Shown here in pieces: positions 38,124 to 48,013 of a DNA stretch of 64,000 nt. The stretch spans positions 45,556 through 109,555 of the forward strand of contig JBBIIN010000001.1 in the NCBI GenBank assembly GCA_037446515.1, in the 5' to 3' direction. The notes beneath the pieces were generated by a model that saw only the letters and a program-made list of their open reading frames with translations, was not told where the DNA came from and did not search any database. Each line of letters starts with the position of its first letter. The first letter of the stretch is position 1. A program made the position numbers and the translations under genes. This stretch comes from Gallionellaceae bacterium. GTDB taxonomy: Bacteria; Pseudomonadota; Gammaproteobacteria; Burkholderiales; Gallionellaceae.

Positions 38124-38130
38124 GCAGCAG

Positions 38131-38165
38131 TCCCTCACCCGAACCCTCTCCCGGGGGGAGAGGGG
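38131..38165. repeat. REP-like palindromic repeat, copy 1
   Basis: TCCCTCACCCGAACCCTCTCCC-GGGG-GGGAGAGGG hairpin family; 31/35 identical to 52521-52555. Confidence 0.8.
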
Positions 38166-38171
38166 CCAATC

Positions 38172-39257
38172 GTGAACAGCAATCGTAAGACCCCAGTCGT
38201 CGTCGGCATGTCCGGCGGCGTCGACTCTTCCGTTACTGCGCTGCTGTTGAAGGAGCAGGGCTATGAGGTCATCGGCCTGTTCATGAAGAACTGGGAAGAC
38301 GATGACGACAACGAATATTGCTCCTCCAGACAAGACCTGATCGATGCTGTGTCAGTCGCCGACACCATCGGCATCCCCATCGAGGCGGTGAACTTCGCCA
38401 AGGAGTACAAGGACCGCGTGTTCAGCTATTTCCTGCGCGAATACGAAGCGGGCCGCACGCCCAACCCGGACATCCTGTGCAACTCGGAAATCAAGTTCAA
38501 AGCCTTCCTCGACCATGCCCTGCGCCTAGGCGCGGAAAAGATCGCCACCGGCCACTATGCCAAGGTGCGCGAACAGGACGGCTTGTTCCAGCTGCTCAAG
38601 GCGGACGACGACAGCAAGGACCAGAGCTACTTCCTGCACCGCCTGAACCAGCAGCAGTTATCGAAGTCGATGTTTCCCTTGGGTGACATCCCGAAGTCGA
38701 AAGTGCGCGAGATCGCACGCCAGCACAGCCTGTCCAACGCCGCGAAGAAAGACAGCACCGGCATCTGCTTCATCGGCGAGCGGCCGTTCCGCGAGTTCCT
38801 TAACCGCTACCTGCCGACCAAACCGGGCGACATGGTCACCCCCGATGGCAAAGTGATGGGACGGCACATGGGCCTGTCGTTCTACACCTACGGCCAGCGT
38901 CAGGGGCTGGGCATAGGCGGCGGCAAGGATAGCAGCGGCGAGCCGTGGTTCGTCGCCGGCAAGGACATGCCCAATAACCGCCTGATCGTAGTGCAGGGGC
39001 ACAACCATCCGCTCTTGCTCAAGCTGCAACTGGACGCGTCGGAGATGCACTGGATCAGCGGCCATGCGCCCGACACCACGCGCGCCTACGCCGCCAAGAC
39101 GCGCTACCGCCAGCAGGATGCCGCCTGCCGCATCACCTTGACCGGAAGCGATTCCGCCCGTTTCACTTTCGCCGAGGCACAATGGGCGGTGACACCGGGC
39201 CAGTCGGCGGTCGCTTATGACGGCGACATTTGCCTCGGCGGCGGCATCATCGAATAA
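38172..39257 (+). CDS. mnmA: tRNA 2-thiouridine synthase
   Basis: [34 protein letters not shown]. Confidence 0.97.
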   Translation: MNSNRKTPVVVGMSGGVDSSVTALLLKEQGYEVIGLFMKNWEDDDDNEYCSSRQDLIDAVSVADTIGIPIEAVNFAKEYKDRVFSYFLREYEAGRTPNPDILCNSEIKFKAFLDHALRLGAEKIATGHYAKVREQDGLFQLLKADDDSKDQSYFLHRLNQQQLSKSMFPLGDIPKSKVREIARQHSLSNAAKKDSTGICFIGERPFREFLNRYLPTKPGDMVTPDGKVMGRHMGLSFYTYGQRQGLGIGGGKDSSGEPWFVAGKDMPNNRLIVVQGHNHPLLLKLQLDASEMHWISGHAPDTTRAYAAKTRYRQQDAACRITLTGSDSARFTFAEAQWAVTPGQSAVAYDGDICLGGGIIE

Positions 39258-39266
39258 GGAACCACC

Positions 39267-40301
39267 ATGACACCTGAAATCACCCGTTTGTTCATTGTGC
39301 TGCTCGTCACCCTTGCTGCCCACTACTTGGCGCGGCGCGCCCTGCAAAAAGCCGAAGAGGTCGCCGCGCGCACCGACAATCCCTGGGATGATGCGCTGAT
39401 CGCCGCCGCGCGCTGGCCGCTGCCCGTGCTGATCTGGCTGGCCGGCATCTCGTTCGTCCTGCACCTGGTGCACCGCCAGACCGGCGAGCAGATGCTGGAA
39501 TATCTGCCGACAGCCCGCAACATCGGCGTCATCCTGTGCATCGCCTGGTTCCTGTTCCGGCTGATCGGCGAACTCGCCGACAATGTCGTGGCGGCGCGTG
39601 GGCGCGCCGGTGAAACGGTGGACCGCACCACCATAGATGGCCTGGGCAAGGTCTCGCGCATCATCGTGGTGGTCGTCACCCTGCTGGGCATCATGCAAAC
39701 ACTGGGCTTCAGCATTTCCGGCGTGCTGGCCTTCGGCGGCATGGGCGGTATCGCGGTGGGCTTCGCCGCCAAGGATCTGCTGGCCAATTTCTTCGGCGGC
39801 CTGATGATCCATCTGGACCGTCCTTTCAATGTGGGGGATGTCGTGCGCTCGCCGGACAGCCAGATCGAGGGCAAGGTGGAACACATCGGCTGGCGGCAGA
39901 CGGTGATCCGCTCGCCCAACATGACCGCACTTTATGTGCCCAACGCGCTATTCACCTCCATCGTGGTGGAGAATCCTTCGCGCATGACGCACCGCCGCAT
40001 CCGCGAGACCATCGGCCTGCGTTATGAAGATCTGGACAAGGTGCAGGCCATTGTCGAGGCGGTGCGCAATCTGCTGAACCGGCATGCGCAAATTGACACG
40101 CAACAGGCCGTGGTCGTCGCTTTCGACCAGTTCGCCGACTCCTCGCTCAACCTGCTGGTGCAGGCTTACACCAGCACCACCGACCTGCGCGAATTCCACG
40201 CGGTCAAGCAGGACGTGATGCTGAACATCGCGGCCATCATCAAGGAACACGGCGCGGACATGGCCTTCCCCACCCGTACGCTGCACATCGTGCAGGATTG
40301 A
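39267..40301 (+). CDS. MscS-family mechanosensitive channel
   Basis: GGMGGIAVGFAAKDLLANFFGG, PFNVGD, VPN, AFPTRT. Confidence 0.92.
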   Translation: MTPEITRLFIVLLVTLAAHYLARRALQKAEEVAARTDNPWDDALIAAARWPLPVLIWLAGISFVLHLVHRQTGEQMLEYLPTARNIGVILCIAWFLFRLIGELADNVVAARGRAGETVDRTTIDGLGKVSRIIVVVVTLLGIMQTLGFSISGVLAFGGMGGIAVGFAAKDLLANFFGGLMIHLDRPFNVGDVVRSPDSQIEGKVEHIGWRQTVIRSPNMTALYVPNALFTSIVVENPSRMTHRRIRETIGLRYEDLDKVQAIVEAVRNLLNRHAQIDTQQAVVVAFDQFADSSLNLLVQAYTSTTDLREFHAVKQDVMLNIAAIIKEHGADMAFPTRTLHIVQD

Positions 40302-40311
40302 TTTCACGTAA

Positions 40312-41718
<1,407 letters not shown>

Positions 41719-41740
41719 CGTTGCAACGACTCCGCAAAGC

Positions 41741-41766
41741 ACAAGCCCCGCCGCAGCGGGGCTTGT
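41741..41766. terminator. Hairpin between convergent purB and the giant gene
   Basis: ACAAGCCCCGC-CGCA-GCGGGGCTTGT. Confidence 0.75.
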
Positions 41767-41784
41767 TCCTTTCCGGGACAACGC

Positions 41785-44700
41785 TCAGCGATGGAATGCC
41801 GTCACGCCCGATACCACATTGCTGCCGTTCTGCAAGCCATAAGCCATCACCGCGCCGATCGCCCCTGCGCCGCTGAACTTGCCTACCACCGTCCCACCCA
41901 AGGTCGCGCCGCAAGTGCCGGCACAGCTCACATTCAGGTGCGAGGTGGTGCCCGCAGGTTCCTGGCTAGAGGCATAGAAAACCGTCCTCTGGATGATGGG
42001 GACATTGTTGCCTACCGCATTCAGCGTAGCGCCCGCCACCGTGACATTGACACCCATATTCACGGTGCGCGCCGTAAAGTCCGCCGTGAGGGTGGCCGAA
42101 TTCAATGTGCCGAGGTTACCCAGATTGTCCGTGGGCGTGGTGCCTCCCGCATTGACATAAGTGTAGGTCCCCACCACCGGCAACGTGGTCGCGCTGGTCG
42201 CTGCCGGCTCGGCAATCCAGTGCAGGCTGCCGGGTTGGGTCACTGGTGTGACAACACTGCTCAGGCGATCCGTGGCATTCATCGTGCCGCCCGCCCAGCG
42301 CCCCCAACTGATGCCGGTCGTTGCATCCGACCCGTGATCGGTCAATGTGCTGGTGTTGTTGGCAAAGGTCAGCGACGACCCGCCATTATTCTGGATGAAT
42401 TGTGTATCGAACTGGGTCAGGTTGCCCGCCACATCCTGGGTAACGCGTGTTGTGTTGTTGGCCCCGAATCCCAGCTCGGGCTGCGGAACCGGTCGGAAAG
42501 GATCATAGAACGAGACCGCGACATAACGATGGGAAGTGGCGGTATTCTGTGCCGGGCCGGTGAACGCTGCCACCCCGTTGATATTCTCGAACGAGGGCGA
42601 AGCCGCTGCCGGAGATATCTGCCCGCCCAACTGAAAACTCATGATGGCGCCATTCAGCCCAGCGCCCGTCAGTTGTCCGCTGATATTGGCGTTCGCATTC
42701 GCCACTGCCGTGGCTCCACCGTCCACCGTCACGTTCAGCAACCCCGACCCGCCGCCACCGCCAAAACTGGACGCATGGAAAGCTGCCGAACCTATTCCCT
42801 GGCCCATCCCCAAGACGGCTTCGCCACCTGCCGGGGTGCTGACTGCCCAGGTATGCGCGGCTGGCGTCGGAGCAACGCTGTTGACACTCACCGCCAAATT
42901 GATACCCACGGCCTGCCGGTTGAAATCCAGCGTCAGTGCGGTGGTACCCAGGATGGTGCCCGCCACGCCCGCATTGTTGCTGACCTGCCCGCCATTGAAG
43001 GTGTAACTGGCCGTGCCGGTCAGCGCCTGCGGCAAATAGAGCGGCCCGGCTTCCGGTCCGGTGATCCAGTAAGCAGGCGGCATCACACCGGCAGCCAAGG
43101 TGGAAGTATAGGACTGCAACCAGGAACCTGCCGTCCAGTTGCCGTAATAAATGCCGCTGCTCGCCACCTGTCCGGCGGCGGTGGAGGTACAGGTCGGGCA
43201 AGTCACCGTGGTGGTATAGCTGAACGTGTTGGGGGGAGTGCCGCTGCTTTGCCCGTAAGCCGTCAGCACATTGCCGGTCGTCGTCGTGGACAGTGCAGGA
43301 TAAGGAGCGATGTTGCCGCCATAATCCGCCACCAGAATGTTTCCGGTCGGCGCGGCTACGCCTTTCGCCACCACAGGGTTGGTGTTGCCCGCGAACTGCG
43401 AGGTCAGCGCCACATGTCCCGATGCATCCGTGCCGCCATTCGCATTGTTATGCAGAATGTAGCTAAGCATCGCCCCCTGGAAATTCTGCCCGGTGAACGC
43501 GCCATTCAGATTCCCGTCGCAAGTGCCGCAAGCCGTAAGCGGCACTGCCGCACCCACGCTGTGGGAAATCGTCATGGTGTTGGCAGGATTGCCGGGATTG
43601 GCAAAGCCATAGAACGCAGCGCCATTGCCCACCGCAAAATTGATGGGCACATTGGCCGCGCTGACCGCCCAGTTGTCGTTGCCCGGCATGGTCAGCGCCA
43701 GGTTGACCCCCGCCAGCATGGTGGCGAAATTGGCCGTCAGCGTGGCGATGCTCAAGGTGCCGCGCAAGCCGGTCAGATGACTATAAGGTGCGGTCGCGCC
43801 ATCCATCTGGTAAGTGAAGGTGGCCGCCATCGTCCCGCTCAACGCTGTCGCGGGCGCTACCGGCATATAGGCTGCGTCCACATAACCTTGCGGCCCGAAC
43901 ATCCAATCGAGCACACCTGGCCCGCCCCTTCCTCCCAACGTCATACTGTCATTGAAGGATAGCCCGGTATAGCCGGTCCACTGGCCATACTGGATGCCAG
44001 TCGTGGCAAAAGCAGGCGAATTGGCGCTGGTTGCCGTACCGCCCGTCGTGCTGTGAGTCGAGGTGTATGCGGCACCACCGCCCAAGTCGCGGAAGGTCAT
44101 GGACTGCAATGCGCCACTCGCCGCAGCGCCGCCCGCCGCCCCCGTCACATAGACCAGATCAGCCGGACTGGCCAACCCGGAGAAACCGTTCCCAATTTCC
44201 ACGGCGATATGGTTCGGGTTGTAAGCCTTATCCGGCCCCGGCGTCGGCGCGGTGCCGGTATAGAACGCCACGACGCCCTGGATGAGGTCCGTCACCAGCG
44301 AGTCCGCCGGGGCGGTCGGCCAGATCTTATAGGCCAGTTCCGCGCTCGTCGCCTGCGCACCGGCAAGGCCGCCGGTCAGCCAGCCAAGATAGCCTCCGGC
44401 ATTACATGCTCCTGCAACCACATTGCCACAAGTAACTGTCGGCGCAGTGTTGAGTTCCAGTGATCCCTCGAAGGACTCGGTGCCTGCAACAATCGGTATC
44501 GCCCCATTCGCAATGTTCATGTTTTTGTTGGCGATGGTGAACGCCACGCTGGCATTGACGGTCTGGGCAGTGAAGTTAACCGACAGCGACGACACCGGCA
44601 GCGTGCCGACATTGCCAAGCGAGTCGGTCGGCAAGGTGGCGCCCCCCTGGGTGTAGGTGGTGGTGCCCACCAGTTGTGGCACGTAGTCTGTCGGCACCGC

Positions 44701-47700
44701 TGCGGTCATGAACCAGTACGAGCTGGTTGCGCCCAGGTTTTTCACCAGCGTAGGCAAGACGCGCAGGTTGTCGGCGATGGTCATCTGCCCGCCGGTCCAG
44801 CGACCGATGATCAGGTTGTTGTCCGGCGTGATGTAACGGTCGCTGGCCACACCGCCGCTGTAGCTGACCAGCGCATCGGTAAACTGGTTGGCCGGTAACG
44901 ACGTTGCCGTTTGCAGGGAGCGTTCGTTATAGTTGGCGTGCAAGGAACGCACTAGGTTGCCACTGCCGTCCAGGATGAAGTTGGTTTCGGGAAATAACAA
45001 CCCCCCGTTGTTGAATCTGCCTCTTTCCCACGCATTGGTCGTCCCTACCAGCATATGTCCGCCAGCAAACCAGTTGCCTGCAGGCGGGAAGGTCGGCCCG
45101 GTCGGCGCAGTAGTTGCCGTGAACGCCACGACGCCCTGCACTAGATCGGTAACTGGCGATCCGGGCGTAACGGTGGGCCATAGGTTATAACCCACCACCA
45201 CACTGGCCGCAGCATTTCCGGTAAAGGTGCCGCCCACGTCCGCGCTGTACCCGGCAGCACCAGCCGCACAGGTGCCCGTGGTGCCCGTGCAAGAAACAGT
45301 CGGCGTGATATTGCCGCCGAACCCGCCATAGCCTTGGCCGGTAGCAACGGTGTTGATCGCCATGCCATTGGCCGTGATGGCATAAGTGCCGGCCATGCTG
45401 GAAGCGACAGGCATCGTGAGATTGAGTGCGGCATTGACCAACTGACTGGTGAAGTCGGCCACCAGGGTCGCGGAATTCAGCGTACCCACATGGCCGGCGG
45501 TATCGAACGGCGCGACCGCACCAGCCTGAACATAGGTCGTCGTTCCGATCAATGATTGGACATAGCCCACGTTCGGCGTCAACAGCACGCCCCACAAGCT
45601 GCTCGCGGGCGTATAGGTGTACAGGGTCAAATTGCTGATGGGATCTTTCACGGTGATGGTCGGATTCACCCAGCGACCGAAATAGATGCTGTTATCCGCC
45701 AGCTTGAAGGTGTCTGCCGCCGTGCCGCCGCTCCAGGTCATGTCGACATTGCCAATGCTGAGCGTCGGCGTTGTCAGCAACGGCTGGATGGCGAATGCCG
45801 TGCTGCGCATTTCGACCAGGTTGCCGTTGCCATCCAGGACATAGGTCGTATGGGCAAGCTGGGTGTTGCTGTACTCCTGCGCCATGTCGAAACCGCCGCC
45901 TGTCCGCGGCACCGGCATCGCAAAATGACCGAGGAAATTGTTGCTGACCACCGCCGGGTTGTTGTAGGCGGCAATGGGTGCATTAGCCGCAACAGTGGCA
46001 GCATTGGTGTTGATGCCAGCCAACGGTGCAGAGGTATTGGCCAGTGCGGTGGCAGCAGCGCCGGCTGCCGTGGTAGCGTTGCCCGCCGCAGTCTGGGCGC
46101 TGGCGGCTGCCGTGCTGGCGTTGCCCGCCGCAGTAACCGCAGCGTTGACCAAGGTGGCAGCAGTATTATTTGCGGTTTGCGCAGTAGCCAGTAAATTGAC
46201 CAGCGCTGTGCTGGCGCTCTGCGCGATGGCAAGCTGCTGCCCGGCCTTGGCCTGCTCCTGCTGGGCGATTGCCAATTGCGCCGCCGCACCGGTCAAATCG
46301 CCCGCAGATTGCAAGGCTGCCGCCTGGGTTGCGGCAGTCTGCGCAGCTTGCGCGGCCGCTGCGGCGAGATTGGCTGCTGCCTGGGCATTGTTCGCCAAGG
46401 TGGCGGCGTTAGTCTGGGCACTGGTAATGGCTGTATTCTGCGCCGCGACTGCGCCCACGTTATTGTTCGCCGTAGTCAGGCTGCCGTTGGCCGCTGCAAG
46501 CGCGCTATTGGCCGCTGTCTGCGCATTGCCCAAAGCGGTGTTCTGGCTGGTAACGGCTGCCGCATTGGTTTGCACACCGGTATTGGCGGTTTGCAGGGCA
46601 GTGTTGGCGGTTTGCAGGGCAGTGTTGGCGGTAGGCGCTGTCACATCGGCGAAAGCGCCATGCGCCGTAATGGCGGCCTGTGCCGCCGTTGCCTGGCTGC
46701 CCGCCGTCGTCGCCGCAGTTTGCGCAGTCGTTTTGTTGGCGGCAGCCGCCACCGCATTTGCTGGCTGCAAAGCGGTTGCATTGGCTACGGCCAGCGTGGC
46801 GCCTGTCGTCGTGGTGCCAATGGCGGTCGTGGCATTATTGATCGCTGTCACGGCAGGCGCAGTGCTGACCAGGCTGATCGCCAAGAGCACGGCCTTGGCA
46901 GAAGCAGCGGCAGCCGCAGCCGCAGCCGCATTTTGCGCAGCCTGCGCCGCAGCCAGGGCAGCGGCGTCCGCCTGTGTTGCATAGATCCCGTTCTGCACCG
47001 AGGTAACCGTTGTGCCCGACGAGATCGTTTGGGCCGAGGCGTTCAGGCTGAGCGCGCCATTGGAGGCAGTTACCGGTATCGTCTGCTCAATGCCGGGAGC
47101 CAGGCTGACGGCGCGAATGACCGCAGCGGGAGCGGGTGCAACAGCGGCCTGCACTGCCGCTGCGGGCGTGGTGTTGTCCACGACGGCGGTATTACGCACT
47201 GTCTGTTGCGCGCTTTCTTGCGGGGCATTGCCCGCGTCGGCCTGCGGCGCTGCCCCCCGCTCGTCACCATCCGCCCTTTCTTGCGGGGCATTGCCAGCGT
47301 GGGTCTGGGATGCCTCACCCTGCCCAGCCTTATCCTTTGCCGCGATGCGCTCCTCGCGCGGCGCCGCCGCCACGGTAAAGATGGCGGTGTTGACCGGTCG
47401 TATCTGCGGCATCTGGTCCATGCCCCCGGCAAATCCCATCTGGTTGGGCAAGACGTTGATGGTGCCCAGCCGGGTTGTCAGCGTCGTCTCGCCGATATTC
47501 ACCTTGCTGTAAGCGCCGGCCTGCGCACCGGGCAACCCGCTGGGCAGATAGAGGGTCTCATGGTCGGTGCCGCGTATGCCTATGGTGGCCACAGGTGTGT
47601 TGATACGGTAGTCCTGTTTGTTGACGCGCCCGATCAATCCGGTAATCGCGCGGAAGCCACCCTTAAACAAGGAATAGACGCTGCGCTCGGGTTCCCCGAC

Positions 47701-47988
47701 CCTGCCGGAAAACTTGAAACTGTCGAACTTGAGTTGGGTGTCCGGGCGCACCGCGATGAATCCGCCATCCTTCATCTTGATCTGCACCGAGGCGTTCGCC
47801 GCAGTACGCACGGTGTCGCCTTCTTCTATCGTTGCACCCTTCTGCAAAGCACGTATTGAACCGCTTGCCGGTACCAGAGTGGCCTGCCCGTTCACGAATT
47901 GCACATAGCCGGCGGTCGCTGCCCACGCGGATTGCGCCAGCACCATCGTTGCCGAGGCAACCATCAAGATAAGTTTGCTGTTTTGCAT
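41785..47988 (-). CDS. 2067-aa exported protein: signal peptide, FecR-like domain, Ala-rich stalk, five TbpB-like handle/beta-barrel modules
   Basis: AWA cleavage site with no lipobox; FecR-like GDTVRT..A...DG..I.V.P.T.L and TP.A.IGIRGT; five repeats of G.W..G...W....G..TY...GTL..A.L..DF....V...G..AF. Confidence 0.8.
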   Translation of the reverse strand: MQNSKLILMVASATMVLAQSAWAATAGYVQFVNGQATLVPASGSIRALQKGATIEEGDTVRTAANASVQIKMKDGGFIAVRPDTQLKFDSFKFSGRVGEPERSVYSLFKGGFRAITGLIGRVNKQDYRINTPVATIGIRGTDHETLYLPSGLPGAQAGAYSKVNIGETTLTTRLGTINVLPNQMGFAGGMDQMPQIRPVNTAIFTVAAAPREERIAAKDKAGQGEASQTHAGNAPQERADGDERGAAPQADAGNAPQESAQQTVRNTAVVDNTTPAAAVQAAVAPAPAAVIRAVSLAPGIEQTIPVTASNGALSLNASAQTISSGTTVTSVQNGIYATQADAAALAAAQAAQNAAAAAAAAASAKAVLLAISLVSTAPAVTAINNATTAIGTTTTGATLAVANATALQPANAVAAAANKTTAQTAATTAGSQATAAQAAITAHGAFADVTAPTANTALQTANTALQTANTGVQTNAAAVTSQNTALGNAQTAANSALAAANGSLTTANNNVGAVAAQNTAITSAQTNAATLANNAQAAANLAAAAAQAAQTAATQAAALQSAGDLTGAAAQLAIAQQEQAKAGQQLAIAQSASTALVNLLATAQTANNTAATLVNAAVTAAGNASTAAASAQTAAGNATTAAGAAATALANTSAPLAGINTNAATVAANAPIAAYNNPAVVSNNFLGHFAMPVPRTGGGFDMAQEYSNTQLAHTTYVLDGNGNLVEMRSTAFAIQPLLTTPTLSIGNVDMTWSGGTAADTFKLADNSIYFGRWVNPTITVKDPISNLTLYTYTPASSLWGVLLTPNVGYVQSLIGTTTYVQAGAVAPFDTAGHVGTLNSATLVADFTSQLVNAALNLTMPVASSMAGTYAITANGMAINTVATGQGYGGFGGNITPTVSCTGTTGTCAAGAAGYSADVGGTFTGNAAASVVVGYNLWPTVTPGSPVTDLVQGVVAFTATTAPTGPTFPPAGNWFAGGHMLVGTTNAWERGRFNNGGLLFPETNFILDGSGNLVRSLHANYNERSLQTATSLPANQFTDALVSYSGGVASDRYITPDNNLIIGRWTGGQMTIADNLRVLPTLVKNLGATSSYWFMTAAVPTDYVPQLVGTTTYTQGGATLPTDSLGNVGTLPVSSLSVNFTAQTVNASVAFTIANKNMNIANGAIPIVAGTESFEGSLELNTAPTVTCGNVVAGACNAGGYLGWLTGGLAGAQATSAELAYKIWPTAPADSLVTDLIQGVVAFYTGTAPTPGPDKAYNPNHIAVEIGNGFSGLASPADLVYVTGAAGGAAASGALQSMTFRDLGGGAAYTSTHSTTGGTATSANSPAFATTGIQYGQWTGYTGLSFNDSMTLGGRGGPGVLDWMFGPQGYVDAAYMPVAPATALSGTMAATFTYQMDGATAPYSHLTGLRGTLSIATLTANFATMLAGVNLALTMPGNDNWAVSAANVPINFAVGNGAAFYGFANPGNPANTMTISHSVGAAVPLTACGTCDGNLNGAFTGQNFQGAMLSYILHNNANGGTDASGHVALTSQFAGNTNPVVAKGVAAPTGNILVADYGGNIAPYPALSTTTTGNVLTAYGQSSGTPPNTFSYTTTVTCPTCTSTAAGQVASSGIYYGNWTAGSWLQSYTSTLAAGVMPPAYWITGPEAGPLYLPQALTGTASYTFNGGQVSNNAGVAGTILGTTALTLDFNRQAVGINLAVSVNSVAPTPAAHTWAVSTPAGGEAVLGMGQGIGSAAFHASSFGGGGGSGLLNVTVDGGATAVANANANISGQLTGAGLNGAIMSFQLGGQISPAAASPSFENINGVAAFTGPAQNTATSHRYVAVSFYDPFRPVPQPELGFGANNTTRVTQDVAGNLTQFDTQFIQNNGGSSLTFANNTSTLTDHGSDATTGISWGRWAGGTMNATDRLSSVVTPVTQPGSLHWIAEPAATSATTLPVVGTYTYVNAGGTTPTDNLGNLGTLNSATLTADFTARTVNMGVNVTVAGATLNAVGNNVPIIQRTVFYASSQEPAGTTSHLNVSCAGTCGATLGGTVVGKFSGAGAIGAVMAYGLQNGSNVVSGVTAFHR
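46583..46632. repeat. Exact 21-bp tandem repeat (2.4 copies) in the stalk
   Basis: TTGGCGGTTTGCAGGGCAGTG x2 + TTGGCGGT, encoding heptads TALQTAN. Confidence 0.95.
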
Positions 47989-48013
47989 ATCTCACCTCAC
48001 TGCGATAAAGGAG

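Noticed and set aside
42900-45320. CxxC motifs in the giant protein as possible heme-c sites
   Set aside because: None is followed by His (CGTCD, CPTCT), so they are not CxxCH; disulfides are more likely.
41791-47859. Long plus-strand ORFs (723, 527 and 336 aa) opposite the giant gene
   Set aside because: These are antisense shadows of a GC-rich, Ala/Thr/Gly-rich gene. They have no motifs or SD, and their composition mirrors the sense codons.
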